From contig NC_068990.1 in the NCBI RefSeq assembly GCF_001194135.2, positions 81,670,233 to 81,734,232 on the forward strand: 64,000 nucleotides of DNA. The letters run 5' to 3'. A program made the position numbers and the translations under genes. The stretch comes from Octopus bimaculoides (taxonomy: Eukaryota). Below are positions 26,083-38,905 of the stretch, in pieces (positions within the stretch are counted from its first letter, which is position 1; each line of letters starts with the position of its first letter). The notes beneath the pieces were generated by a model. The model saw nothing but the letters and a program-made list of their open reading frames with translations, was not told where the DNA came from and made no database searches.

Positions 26083-27619
26083 CCTATATTGGCTTCTAGC
26101 ATCATATTTCTGACAGTTGAGATATGACTGGAATTTACTGAATCATTGGTGATATTTACAGATGTTCTAAACATTTAGATAGGTTTCTTTGATATCCTAC
26201 ATGGCTATATAGGATTGTTGACTCAATAGGATTCGTGATAATGCATATCACATGTATTGTATATTTCATTTTAAATAGGCTCTGTGTTATAATAAAGAAG
26301 CTTTGATGTAAGCTCAGCCAATAATATAAGTTATACTCTAGGCTTTATGATGGACAGTTTTGTTTTGTTTTTGTTTTTTACTGGGAATGAAACATGGGCA
26401 ACTTGGTAAATTTTGTATATTTCTATGCAATTATTTTTAAAATCTCAAACAACATGACTCATTATATTGGGCCATATTTGATGTTAATAAAAAAAAACAT
26501 GTAATTTATATACAAAGATTTAAAGTAAATAACTACTAACATGAAATGAATCCTTCTATTTGATGACATTAAATATGAGAATTTGTTTTAGAAACCTTCA
26601 TTTGATGAAAATTAAATAAATAGTAATTTGAATTACTCTACCATATACTTAACTCAATGATGAGGTCAGTTTACATGCCATTGTCACTTCTTACCATAAA
26701 GACATTAAAATTGCTTATATAGTTTTTTTCTTTATTCTTTATAAAGTTGCAGTGAATTTAGATACAGAAATAATGTGTTGTTCAAATATATCTCACCTTA
26801 ATTATTGGCTGTCATCAGAGAGAGAAGCTCAGATCAAAACCAATTAGATATCAAAGAACTTTGTTGAAGTCATTTCTAAATTTGTTGATATGTTTATAAA
26901 ATAAAAATTCGAACAGTAAAAACCGAATGAAATCTGTGATTTGTGCATCCAATGCTTCTGTTGACAATATTCTTTACTTAACTCTAATATTCAACACTAA
27001 GAATTTTCTATATTAAATGTTGTATTCTGCTAGCAAAGCTAAACATACATATAACATGACAGCAAATATTTGTGAAGAAATCATTATATTAAGGTTTCCT
27101 TCCTTTGGCCAATTTCCACCATACAGCTGCATATATATATATATATGTGCTGAATGTGCAGGTTGGGAGTAAATTTTTTTGAGTAATACTCCCAGCAACC
27201 CATGCATGCAAGTCTTCCCTCTCCTTGACATTAATGCTTATCCAAGAAAAAAGCTTCTGACTTAAACTGATTCAGTTTGGAGTGTCATTGCAGACATTGC
27301 TGTCAGAACGCAACAAGCTGGAACAGATATTGGAAAGTTTCTCACATGATCCTTTTTGTAGTTCTGCTGATCTATTAACCCAGAGTGGTACTTTCTTTTA
27401 TGGACCCTGAAAAGGTGAGAGGCAAAGTTGACTTTGTAGGATTTACACTCTGAGTATAAAGAGTTTGAACAGATATTTATCCAATGCTCAGATGATTCAA
27501 AAGAGTTTACTGAGTCACATATATATTATTATATAAACACAATATTAGATACCTGCATATTGAACTCATTTGTTTTCATATTTCATGTTGTTTACTGCTG
27601 GTGACATCCTGTATTCATA

Positions 27620-27663
<44 letters not shown>

Positions 27664-28351
27664 NNNNNNNNNNNNNNNNNNNNNNNNNNNNNNNNNNNNN
27701 NNNNNNNNNNNNNNNNNNNNNNNNNNNNNNNNNNNNNNNNNNNNNNNNNNNATATTTTAATAAAGATTTCTAACCGGTTTTCATTGCGAAAGCAAATTAT
27801 CAAGAAGAAGGAGAATGAAAATGTTTTTTACAAAGAAGTACAAAATGAAGAAAATAATATATAAAAAAATAATATATAAAAAAATAAATATACCCATACA
27901 TTCAACAGGAAGTTTGTGTCTGTTCTCTAGGAAAAAGAGTTCAAAACTCCAACTAAAAACATTTGTCTCCCCTTACACACACTTCCTGTTTTGACACCAC
28001 ATTTCCTGCTTAACACAAACTTTTAATCCTTTTTTAAACCTAACAAAACNNNNNNNNNNNNNNNNNNNNNNNNNNNNNNNNNNNNNNNNNNNNNNNNNNN
28101 NNNNNNNNNNNNNNNNNNNNNNNNNNNNNNNNNNNNNNNNNNNNNNNNNNNNNNNNNNNNNNNNNNNNNNNNNNNNNNNNNNNNNNNNNNNNNNNNNNNN
28201 NNNNNNNNNNNNNNNNNNNNNNNNNNNNNNNNNNNNNNNNNNNNNNNNNNNNNNNNNNNNNNNNNNNNNNNNNNNNNNNNNNNNNNNNNNNNNNNNNNNN
28301 NNNNNNNNNNNNNNNNNNNNNNNNNNNNNNNNNNNNNNNNNNNNNNNNNNN

Positions 28352-29150
28352 NGGACAGATTTATATTTATAAAAAAAAAGACAGATATATAATAACAGGA
28401 AATAACTTCATCAAAAAATGCTATGAGGGTAAAAATAAGCCTTCTTTTCATTAATGATATTCAATAAAGCCACCTTCAGCTTCAACAACTGCTTCTATAT
28501 GAAGTCTAAATCATCTGCATGCTCGAATCAAGTGGTCCTGGTTCATTTTAGACATTACTCTGACTATGGCTGCTTTCAAATAATATTTGGTGTTATGGAG
28601 GTGTTCATTGACCTCTCTCTCAACAACGCTCCACATGTAATAGTCCAATGGATTGAGATCTGGGGAATTAGGAGGCCAAATATTAGTGGTTACGGGATCA
28701 TGAAAATTTTCAGCCATCCATTCTTGTGTTACTAGAGCCATGTGTGATAGTGAAGAGTTTTACTGAAACAGATATAGCCTTCCATTGCATAAACTGTCTA
28801 CCCATGGCTTAACAATTATTTCCAGGACCTCGATGTAGGCGCCAGAGTTAACTCTAAGGCCCTGTGGAAAGAAGTAAGGAGGCATCACATGTCCTTCATT
28901 GCTGACAACCCCTAAAACCATGACAGTTGCAGGAAATCTTGTATTCATAACACTTGGAACTTCAGAAGGGTCTGCACATAACCATCTGTCATTTCTTCTG
29001 TTAACTTTTTGATTTTGGTCGAAGTTTTTCTCATTTGTGAAAAACCAAATCAAATCTTCCGCTGGATTTTTCAGTTTGTTTAAAAACCTTTTAGATCTGA
29101 TGTAGTGATTTTCTTTTGCTTTTTCTGACAAATTGACCTTTCCTCATCAT
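28352..29150 (-). mobile_element. Tc1/mariner DD37D (maT-type) transposase relic, 5'-truncated
   Basis: ORF pieces WFFTNEKNF, VMVLGVVSNEGHVMPP, FQ*N and WPPNSPDLNPLDY, with 37-residue D2-D3 spacing. The first two catalytic Asp are mutated, there is an in-frame stop, and the 3' end runs into a gap. Confidence 0.92.
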
Positions 29151-30113
29151 ATATTTGTGTGTGTGTGTGTGTGTTCTAAATTTGTTTGTAGTTTATGATT
29201 GATTTTTACATGCAAAAAACTTGTTGATCTTTAAGATTAAGTTTAACGACTGTTTATTGTTAGACTAGTTCAACTTTGATATGAAAGTAATCTATATATC
29301 TTGAAACCCCAAAATGATTACTTTATTCTTTAATTTAGAAATTATATACATTTTAACTGTAGTGTTCATATATTTGAGAAAAATATATTTTCAAAACTTT
29401 CAGCCTTTATTCTGGTTATAACATTTTATAATGTTTCCAAACAGGTTTTTTTAAGCCCATAAAAAATTTTTTATGAAAATAAATCTTGGAAAAATACTAT
29501 ATTGGAAATGTAACCTAGGTGATAGTTCTTAAACATCAGAAAGCAAATGCTTTATATTTCAGTTAGCAAGGAGAAAATAACTTCTTTTTACTATATGGCT
29601 TCAAATTTAACTGGTAAACCAACCAATATAAAGTAACATAAATTTAGGTCTTGACACTATAAATATGAAGTTATTAAAAGTTAATTATTATAACTGGTAA
29701 ATCATTATTTAAGACTTTAACACTGAACTACATCTTATTTTTTCAATTATTATATTTATACTGTGTAATATTAAAAACTATGCTTCATAATGCTAATGTG
29801 ATGGTAATGTTAGTTGATAAAATATGAAGTTCACAAAATACAACATTATACTGTACTCAATATTAATTTATACAGCATAATATAATACTGAACAGTAATG
29901 AATAATAATGTAATATATAGTGATATTGTATATATTAAACAATGTATATATGTATGTGTGTGTTTGTTTGCTGTTCATTTAATGTCCAATTTTCCATGCT
30001 AGCATGGCTTGGATGGGAATTGATTCTGTGGTAGGATTTTTAGTGCCTTATCCTCTTCCTCTTGCCATCTCTCATATGGTTTTTAGGTAAGGGATTTTGA
30101 TAGTCCACAGGTA

Positions 30114-30249
30114 GAAACTCTGTAGAAACTCTGCCAAATCAGACTGGAGCCTGGTGTTGCCATCCGGTTTCACCAGTCCTCAGTCAAATCGTCCAACCCA
30201 TGCTAGCATGGAAAGCGGACGTTAAACGATGATGATGATGATGATGATG
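30114..30249 (+). mobile_element. Family A retroposon, 5'-truncated, young
   Basis: Identical to window positions ~118-225 plus a (GAT)n tail. 7-bp TSD ACAGGTA at 30107-30113 and 30250-30256. Confidence 0.92.
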
Positions 30250-30349
30250 ACAGGTAATTGAAAGTATGGAGTGACTGATCATAATGTCAACACAGATAGA
30301 AACACCATGACTGTTTCCATCAAATGGTGACAAGGGAACCATTGACATA

Positions 30350-30700
30350 GATAATTGCTTATTATTCCTTTCTTCATTACAAAGATTATAACTTCACTAC
30401 TTTCAAACCCCTTCCAACATTTCAATTGCATGGAATCAGTCTTTCTTCAACAAGTCCTGTGATTGCCCCAGTTCAATAATAAGCTTAGACGTCATCTGTG
30501 TCTTCTGTTTTCACCGTTCAAGAATTTCAATTTCCTCCCGACTGAGTGGTCTCTACATAGTTGTAGCATTGATTTCTGAGAAGGCCAGTCCTTGTGTGAA
30601 ACAAAAAGAAAAATGATTACAAAATGTTGGTGTATCTGTGTACTGTACATTTTCAAGTTTTCTTTAGCTTTTGACTTTGGAAAGGTTAGTTTTGATGGTG
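30350..30700 (-). mobile_element. Possible highly degenerate CR1-type LINE RT C-terminal fragment
   Basis: The minus frame RPLSREEIEILER*KQKTQMTSKLIIELG resembles the CR1 motif IxxLERVQRxxTKLI. Contains multiple stops. Confidence 0.35.
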
Positions 30701-30815
30701 ATTGAGTGACACCAGTTGGGATCAGATGGGAGCAATAATCTAGGCCTACTGAGAACAAATGTCACCTAATAAATCTATATTAATAGTTTTGTTCAAGTTG
30801 GTTAGCTGCTCTGTG

Positions 30816-31000
30816 ATACTGGAGTGGCTGTGTGGTAAGTAGCTGGCTACAACATGGTTCTGGGTTCATTCCCACTGTGTGACACCTTGGGTCTTCTACT
30901 ATAGCCTGAAGCTGACCAAAGCCTTGTGAGTGGATTTGGTAGATGGAAACTGAAAGAATCCATGGTAAGATGTTACAACAGACACTAAACGCACATGCAT

Positions 31001-31036
<36 letters not shown>

Positions 31037-31040
31037 GCAC
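30816..31040 (+). mobile_element. SINE family B 5' half
   Basis: GGAGTGGCTGTGTGGTAAGTAGC...GGGTTCATTCCC...GCCTTGTGAGTGGATTTGGTAGA. Confidence 0.85.
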
Positions 31041-31510
31041 ACATTATGTTATATAAAATCTAGTCGGCAGCACTGTAGCAACACACTAGATCACAGTTCA
31101 TTATGTATCAAAGGACAATAATTGTTGTGATTGATCTTTGAGGTGAAGGTGTAGAAGTCTAAATAAGTTGATTTAGGTGTATCTAAATGTCACCGGTAAT
31201 AGTGAGATGGCCTTTCAACTTGCAAAACTAAAGAGCTCCTACAACTGAGATGGAAAATGGGAGAGAGAGAGAGTGATGACAGTAGGTGAACTGTTGAAGA
31301 AAGTTAAAGTTTGGTAGGAGACAAAGATTTTTTGTTGTTATAGGATGGTTGGGAAATTGAGACACTATGTCTCTGCATACAGGGTAACTGAGAGGGCAAG
31401 CAGTAGAGAGAGCATTAAGCTAGAAGATCATCTGACCCATGCCATCATAGAAAAGCAGAAGTAAAATGCAGAGTAATATACTTTTCATTGAAGCTGCAAA
31501 ATTATCACAG

Positions 31511-31552
31511 ATCTGTTACTCGGAGTTTCACGTTCCCGTTCGTCAGACAGTT
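31511..31552 (-). ncRNA. Minimal type I hammerhead ribozyme with intact core
   Basis: Minus strand reads aactgt-CUGACGA-acg(GGAA)cgt-GAAA-ctc(c)gag-UA|acagat. This gives the conserved CUGANGA and GAAA, a 3-bp stem II, a palindromic stem III, a GUA cleavage triplet, and stem I CTGT/ACAG. Confidence 0.85.
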
Positions 31553-31576
31553 GGCAAATGTTCTCATTTGTCGAAC

Positions 31577-31618
31577 AACTGTCCTATGAATGGGAACGTG
31601 AAACTCTGAGTAACAGTT
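31577..31618 (+). ncRNA. Minimal type I hammerhead motif with mutated core (likely inactive)
   Basis: aactgt-CCUAUGA-atg(GGAA)cgt-GAAA-ctc(t)gag-UA|acagtt. Stems I and III are intact, but the core reads CCUA instead of CUGA. Confidence 0.75.
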
Positions 31619-31715
31619 CTGTGATAATTTTGCAGCTTTAATAAAAAGTATATTACTCTACCTTTGATATTCAAATACTATTTTTTCCACCTTATTTTGC
31701 ACTTATGTGCTCACC

Positions 31716-31818
<103 letters not shown>

Positions 31819-31823
31819 ATATA

Positions 31824-31858
<35 letters not shown>

Positions 31859-32572
31859 GTGTGTGTGTGTATGTATATATATATATGTATATATACATAC
31901 ATACATACATACATACACATTCACACACATTTTTTTTTTTAAGGATTCTTAATGAATTTGCAATCATTACCTAAAATTGTTAACACTCACAAAACTCTTT
32001 TGAAATAAAATTAAATACTTATCCAATTTCTAAATATTTTCCAAACTACAATATATTCTAGTTAAATTTTCTGGTCACAGTAACACTTTGTGATTACCAA
32101 ATTTCATAACTGTATTAATTTATTGCACCAGTCTCAATACATACATTTCGCATTTTCCTCCCCATAAAAAGCCCTAAGTTTTCCTTGTAACTAACCTAAC
32201 TCCTCTTTTAGCATCAGCTCTTTTTTTCTTCCACCCCATTTCCACCTTAGATTAAATTCTGACCACTGCCATCACCTTTTCTGATCCTTAAGAATCCCTA
32301 ACCTCTGGTACTTAAGCTTTGATACTGTTTTCACCTTATAGTTTAGAGATACTTTGAGGTTACTGTCAACAGAAAATATTGGACTCTGTACATATATTCT
32401 TTTATTTAGTCAATATTTGCTGTGAATAGTTACTTAAAAACTTAAGTATATATACACATAGCTGTGAGTGTATACATGATTGTGTATGTTTATATATATG
32501 AATATACAAAGACATGTATGTGTATGTGCGCACGTGCATGAATATGTATGTACATGCATACATACATACATA

Positions 32573-32992
32573 GGCGCAGGAGTGGCTGTGTGGTAAGTAG
32601 CTTGCTTACCAACCACATGGCTTCGGGTTCAGTCCCACTGCATGGCACCTCGGGCAAGTGTCTTCTACTATAGCCTCGGGCTGACCAAAGCCTTGTGAGT
32701 GGATTTGGTAGACGGAAAGTGAAAGAAGCCTGTCGTATATATGTATATATATATGTATATGTATGTATGTGTGTTTGTGTGTCTGTGTTTGTCCCATCAT
32801 CATCACTTGACAACCGATGCTGGTGTGTTTACATCCCTGTAACTTAGCGATTCGGCAAAAACAGACCGATAGAATAAGTACTAGGCTTCCAAAGAATAAG
32901 TCCTGGGGTCGATTTGCTCAACTAAAGGCGGTGCCCCAGCATGGCCACAGTCAAATGACTGAAACAAGTAAATGAGTAAAAGAGTAAAAGAA
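32573..32992 (+). mobile_element. tRNA-derived SINE family B, full length
   Basis: A box TGGCTGTGTGG (32583) and B box GGTTCAGTCCC (32626-32636), an internal (TA/TG)n, and a TAAAAGAG tail. Inserted in a (TACA)n tract. Confidence 0.92.
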
Positions 32993-33489
32993 TACATACA
33001 TACATACATACATACACACATAGGTGACTTGAAAGGAAGCAGGTTGGGGGAAGGTAAACAAAAGTAAAGGAAAATAACTACCCTAGCTCCCTCATCCCTG
33101 ATATATGAAGTGGTTTTTCCTTCTTTTATTGTGTTACTTTCTTTCAGTTAGCTAGATAAGACATTGATGATAACCAGTGTGACTCCCTTATACTGCTGGT
33201 TGATGGTGGTTCATTGAATATTCTCAACTGATTTAATAGAAGCTGCAATAACCAACTGGCTGGCTCATTCCCTTCCTCCTCTCTGTTTTGCTCTCTCACT
33301 CTTTTCTTTTCTTTTCTCTCTCTCTGTATTTTCGCCTTCTCCTACCCCTTCTCCTCCATCACTATCTCCATGAACTGCTCTGTGTAATTCAGCATTAATG
33401 TGGATATTGATCGAAGTGTAGAAATGGATGTGCTGAACTGTAGTTCATAGGCTGACCCAGATTGGAGGACATCTTAGGAGAGCCCAAAA

Positions 33490-34060
33490 ACCAGCATCAA
33501 CACCACCACTGCCACCACCATCACCACCACCACCACCACCATCAACACCACCACTACCACCACCANNNNNNNNNNCCACCACCACCATCAACACCACCAC
33601 TACCACCACCATCAACACTGCTATCACTATCACCAACAACAGCACCAGGCTCAGTTACCATCTACACTAGCACCACCAGTGCCATCACCACTGCTACCAT
33701 CACTACCTCACACAACTGCAAAAAGCATCACTATCATGAACACTATACCACCATCATTATCATTTTTACTATCACCATTGCTACTATCACACCAGTGTCT
33801 CTACTACTACTATTACCAGCACCACTACTACTACTACACCACTATCACCACAGTCAGCTCTATTGACACCATTAACATCATCATTACTACTGTCTCACTA
33901 AGACTGCTACCACCACCACCACCACTACCACCATCACACCTAACACCACAGTCACTACTGCTACTACCATCATCACCACCACCATTATCACAACCACCAC
34001 TATCACTGTAAGCACTTCCACTACAACCACAACCATCGCCAGCATCCACAACAGTAACAA
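33490..34060. repeat. Degenerate (CAC/CAT/TAC)n trinucleotide low-complexity tract
   Basis: Direct reading. Source of the spurious His/Thr/Pro/Val/Gly ORFs. Confidence 0.9.
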
Positions 34061-34604
34061 GAATATATCATTCCATTGTAGCAAGTCTGCAAATTAGTAG
34101 TTTTGTTCTACTAACCAGACAATTTGAAAATTATGCAATTGATTTATTGCACTATATTTATCCAGTAGGTAATTTTTAATAATTTATGAATTAAAATATT
34201 TATTTTCAAGTTTCATTTTTTAGTGTATTTAAATCTAAATGCGTTTATAACAACAATAAGGACACTGAAAATGTGTAACCATAATGTTGAGACACATGTC
34301 AGGCTTGTCATGTGTAACAGAATTTTTTTTTAATATCATGTATATAAGTACTTGGACCTGCACACACGCACACATGGACACATCTCTCTCACTTTCTCTC
34401 ATTCTCATGCACACAAATATGTATAAACACATATGCATCATGTACACACAATACAATACATAGATAAAATATATACTGTGTCTGTGTATACAAAGATACA
34501 TATATATTTACTGTATATATATATATATATATTAACACATACATGCATCTATAAAGCTGATGTTAGGATGTGTATGTGTGTGTGTATGTATATATATATA
34601 TATA

Positions 34605-34690
34605 TCATCATCATCATCATCATCATCGTCGTTTAACGTCCGCTTTCCATGCTAGCATGGGTTGGACGATTTGACTGAGGACTGGTGAAA
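34605..34690 (-). mobile_element. Family A retroposon 3' end, running into a gap
   Basis: (CAT)n-CGTTTAACGTCCGCTTTCCATGCTAGCATGGGTTGGACG. Confidence 0.88.
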
Positions 34691-35108
34691 NNNNNNNNNN
34701 NNNNNNNNNNNNNNNNNNNNNNNNNNNNNNNNNNNNNNNNNNNNNNNNNNNNNNNNNNNNNNNNNNNNNNNNNNNNNNNNNNNNNNNNNNNNNNNNNNNN
34801 NNNNNNNNNNNNNNNNNNNNNNNNNNNNNNNNNNNNNNNNNNNNNNNNNNNNNNNNNNNNNNNNNNNNNNNNNNNNNNNNNNNNNNNNNNNNNNNNNNNN
34901 NNNNNNNNNNNNNNNNNNNNNNNNNNNNNNNNNNNNNNNNNNNNNNNNNNNNNNNNNNNNNNNNNNNNNNNNNNNNNNNNNNNNNNNNNNNNNNNNNNNN
35001 NNNNNNNNNNNNNNNNNNNNNNNNNNNNNNNNNNNNNNNNNNNNNNNNNNNNNNNNNNNNNNNNNNNNNNNNNNNNNNNNNNNNNNNNNNNNNNNNNNNN
35101 NNNNNNNN

Positions 35109-35155
<47 letters not shown>

Positions 35156-35289
35156 TAAAATCAGCCTTCAGTACTTCATCCCATGTTTTCATTAGCTTCT
35201 CTCTACGGCACTTCATTCTCGTGCTCAGTGCTTTACTATTTTTGCTAGGTCTGGTTGAAGGTGCAGTGCTCATGACTGCCACAGGTTCT

Positions 35290-35690
35290 CCAATGCCAGT
35301 GAGATTGATATTTTGCATGTTCAACTCAAACTGTTGCAAGTCAACACCAGCAGGAAAGACATGAATCAGGAGGAAATTCCAGGGGGTCACATTTTGAGGA
35401 AGTAGCACTAGGAAAAAGTGGTTAGTCAGGACCTAGGAGGCATTGCATATAACATGTGTAATAATAAGAAGAAATGAAAGTGCCTGTATGAAGGTGACAA
35501 TGAGCCCCCAGCAAACTCTGTGTTACAGAGACTCCCATATCAGTTGTAGAAAATTCAAAGAAAGGAGGTAGCTCTCCTCTTGGCCAAAGATGGAATGTCT
35601 CTGTGAAAGATTTTATGCTAGTCAGTTGAGGTGTCGTTCTCTTGATGCAGTTTGTAATGCCTGTATGTGCAGCAGCAGCAGCAGCAGCAG
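35290..35690 (-). mobile_element. CR1/Zenon-like LINE 3' fragment
   Basis: The minus frame PWNFLLIHVFPAGVDLQQF matches the WNSLPxxVFPxxxDLQxFK tail motif. Confidence 0.65.
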
Positions 35691-37324
35691 CAGCACCCCT
35701 CAGATATGGGAGCAACCCTCCATTATGTGCCTTGCCCGAGTTTCATTGACTGTCAGAATGTTTGAGCTCTGAAGTAATTTCTGAGTCAGAAGACAAGGCT
35801 AGGAGAAATCTTCAGTGATAGTAAGCAACCATGAAGGCACTAGTTGTATGTTGTTTATATTTAAGTGATATACAGTACAATGATGTTTCTTGATATAATT
35901 ATAAGTAGTGCCAGTGCTGTTAGGTGACAACATTGGCATGGCCTGACTTGGAGGATGTGTCAAGGCTGCTATTCATGTAATTAGTGTAGGTCTGTTATGT
36001 GATATCCATGTTTGTGTCATAAGGCTTAGTAAATGACACTTGCCCAATAGTATATTCATAAGTATAAGACAGTATTGTGTTATTTGAGTGAGATAGGACA
36101 AAGAAAAGAAAATATGCACAGTTGTAAAACTCAGTTGTTTAGTGAGTGTTAACATAATTGCAATCATACAAACATCCACTTTTCTGTGCTTGCATGGGTC
36201 AGATGCAATTTGCTGAGGCAGATTTTCTATGGGCAGTTGCTTTTGCCGTTCCCAACACTTACTCAATTTTCAAGGAAGATAATATTTCATCATTGTCAGG
36301 TACATTTTCACAGAAGGCTGGAAGCAACCAAGCCACTTGTGATGCAGTGAAAATAATACTTCTGTTGTTGTGTTTCAAGAAAAAGAATACTGGTAGACCA
36401 GCCTCATCAAAACTTCTACCAATTACAATTGTAACAGACATAGTTATAGTTACATGACAAAGAAACAAGAATGCTCAGTCATGTGATGGAGTTTTGTCTC
36501 TTGATAAGAAACTAACTCCTTCTTTATAGGAAAAATTCAAATAATTACCAAAATATATATATATATATAGTTTATTTAGGTTGGCCCAGTGGTATTTTAA
36601 TCTGAAGTTTCCTCAGTATGCAACCTCTTCTTGAGAGACACCTTCTTTCACTACAGTGGTGGAAGAAATACAGAAAAAAAAATGCTTATAAAGTATTGTG
36701 AGTGAGTTAGTAATACATTTTCATTGCTCTATATGCATTTCTTTTCAGGTTACTTCTGCCATCATAGCAGTGATGAGTCTAATGTCTCTTGTATGATGAA
36801 TCGGTTGTGTATCATGATAATGCTAGTGTAACAGGTCATTGGACCAACCTTAAAAACTGCTGTACTCTATGTTCATGTTGAGTACTTCTCTAGATTGTAA
36901 CTCAACAAAGGGTACTTATATATGAGTGTATGGGTATTTTCATGAAGTCATTATTCATAACTGAATCCAGCCATTTTGTCATTCATCAGTCATGACAAGC
37001 ATGATGATGGAGAGAAGCACTTCCATAATCTTCAGTATTCACATACTTTAGATAGCATAGTATATTTGTTCAGTAATTAGCAATATTTTTTTCATGACGG
37101 CAATTATAATGAAGATCATATAAAATGTAGTATAAATCTATATCTATTAATTATTTAGTTCCAATTTAGAAATCTTGAAACTGTGTGAAACAAACTTGTT
37201 ATATTGTCTTTGCTTTGAAGATTAAGCTTTTCCTAAACACATTGAACACTAAATTTTTTGCATTGGTTTGGTCTGGAGAAAAGGGCTGTTTTCATAGTTT
37301 TTGAAGGTCTTCTCTGTCTGATAT

Positions 37325-37780
37325 GTTAGACAAAGTTAATGTTTCTTTTGAATAGTTGAAAGTTGTTGGTTACAGGGGTGAAGAAAACAGGGAGAGAACC
37401 CAGAGTGATGTTCTGTGGAGAAAATGACTGAGGGTAGTGTTTAATGTGGGGCCTGGAGGTGGTAGACACAATATTGTTGATGAGAGGAGGAAATTCAAGT
37501 GCATTGGAAATACTAGAGTGAAGATGGCACAATACTCACTATCTCTGACAAGCATAGAAAAGGTAAAGTGAGCAGATAGCAGATCAGTGGGCCAAAAGTT
37601 TGAGTAGCTTGATGAATAACTTTATGCCATCCTGATGAATAAACCTTTTTTTCTTTGTGCAGTGGAGGGTATCTCACATCAGTCTGAATGCAGGAGCAGT
37701 GCTCCTTTGTCAGTTTCAGTTGTTTCGTTATGTTTGTAAATGTCATGACTTCTGATCCTCTGCCTCTACCTTATATTCAA
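37325..37780 (-). mobile_element. CR1/Zenon-like LINE 3' fragment
   Basis: GAGCACTGCTCC (EHCS, from EYCS) and the tail CAACTATTCAAAAGAAACATTAAC (QLFKRNIN). Confidence 0.6.
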
Positions 37781-38559
37781 AGTTCCCTTTTTTTTAAAAT
37801 TCAACTTCTTTTCATGTTTTTTTTAAATAAGGATACAAAGTCTTGCATTTGTAAAGTGGGGAACGCAGCTATGCATTTCTGTGATAAAAGCAGTTTCTTT
37901 GAAATGGTTTCCATTGGAATGCTACACCAGATTATGGTTTCCCAAATGTTGTCATTTCTCTTAAGCTCACTAAGGGAAATACTTTGTTGCTGTGATCCAC
38001 TCTTTAAATTGATGATATTATTTAAAAAAATGTATGCATCAGTACATGATTGCTTGCATGCACAAGCTCACATGCCCATATATACACATAAATGTTTACA
38101 CAAACATACATTAATATTCACACAAACACACAAGCTGGTAGACTTATAATCAAATAATTTTAATTGGTTACACACAATATCTATGTACAAAAAGTGCAGT
38201 AGAAGCACAGAATTGATTGAGCATTGGCTAAAAGGGATGGCAAACTTTAGTTACATCCATTTACATTCTGAATCCAAATCATGCCTAGTTGAACTTTGCC
38301 TTTCATCCACCCAGAGTTACTCAACTATAATTTTTTTCCCCAAAGATGTTTGGTTTTGATGAAAGTTAGAAATCTATGTTTATATACTAAGTGTATTTTG
38401 TAAAAATAATTTTATAATTTCAAGTTATTCCGAAATGAATTAGAAGTTTTGCATATTGGTCATTTTTAAAGTGGTAGCTGCACTTAACAGGTAAAACTTC
38501 TGTTGTGGTTTTGTTTTTTGTACAGAAATATATATACACTTCTTGAATACTAATTTATA

Positions 38560-38905
38560 ACCTGTGCCCAGCGTCGCTTTCCTGGCACTTGTGCCGGTGG
38601 CATGTGTAAAAGACATTCGAGCGAGATCGTTGCCAGTGCCGCTGGACTGGCTCCTGTGCAGGTGGCATGTAAAATACACCATTTNNNNNNNNNNCGTTGC
38701 CAGTACTGCCTGACTGGCCTTCGTGCGGGTGGCACGTAAAAGCACCCACTACACTCTCAGAGTGGTTGGCCTTAGGAAGGGCATCCAGCTGTAGAAACTC
38801 TGCCAAATCAGATTGGAGCCTGGTGTAGCCATCTGGTTCACCAGTCAGTCAAATCGTCCAACCCATGCTAGCATGGAAAGCGGATGTTAAACGATGATGA
38901 TGATG
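38560..38905 (+). mobile_element. Family A retroposon, long copy with internal tandem units
   Basis: Three GGTGGCA(C/T)GT..AAA..CA units precede the conserved 3' module and (GAT)n tail. Confidence 0.9.

Larger units (their letters stand above)
31468..31661. mobile_element. Foldback (long inverted repeat) element, probably from Penelope-like pseudo-LTRs
   Basis: The two ~90-bp arms are reverse-complementary with scattered mismatches (AGAGTAATATACTTTT..AAGCTGCAAAATTATCACAG..TGTTACTC.GAGTTTCACGTTCCC). The centre is near 31563, and each arm contains a hammerhead motif. Confidence 0.88.

Noticed and set aside
27294-27414. Plus-strand exon-like frame TLLSERNKLEQILESF... ending at |GTGAGA
   Set aside because: The 3' half and donor lie in a degenerate reverse-oriented family D SINE, with no independent support.
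32573-32645. tRNA-like sequences with A/B boxes (also at 19.1, 22.8, 30.8, 46.7 kb)
   Set aside because: These are SINE heads continuing into SINE bodies, with no complete cloverleaf.
33445-34084. His/Thr/Gly-rich ORFs
   Set aside because: Degenerate trinucleotide repeat open in several frames on both strands, with no splice or start context.
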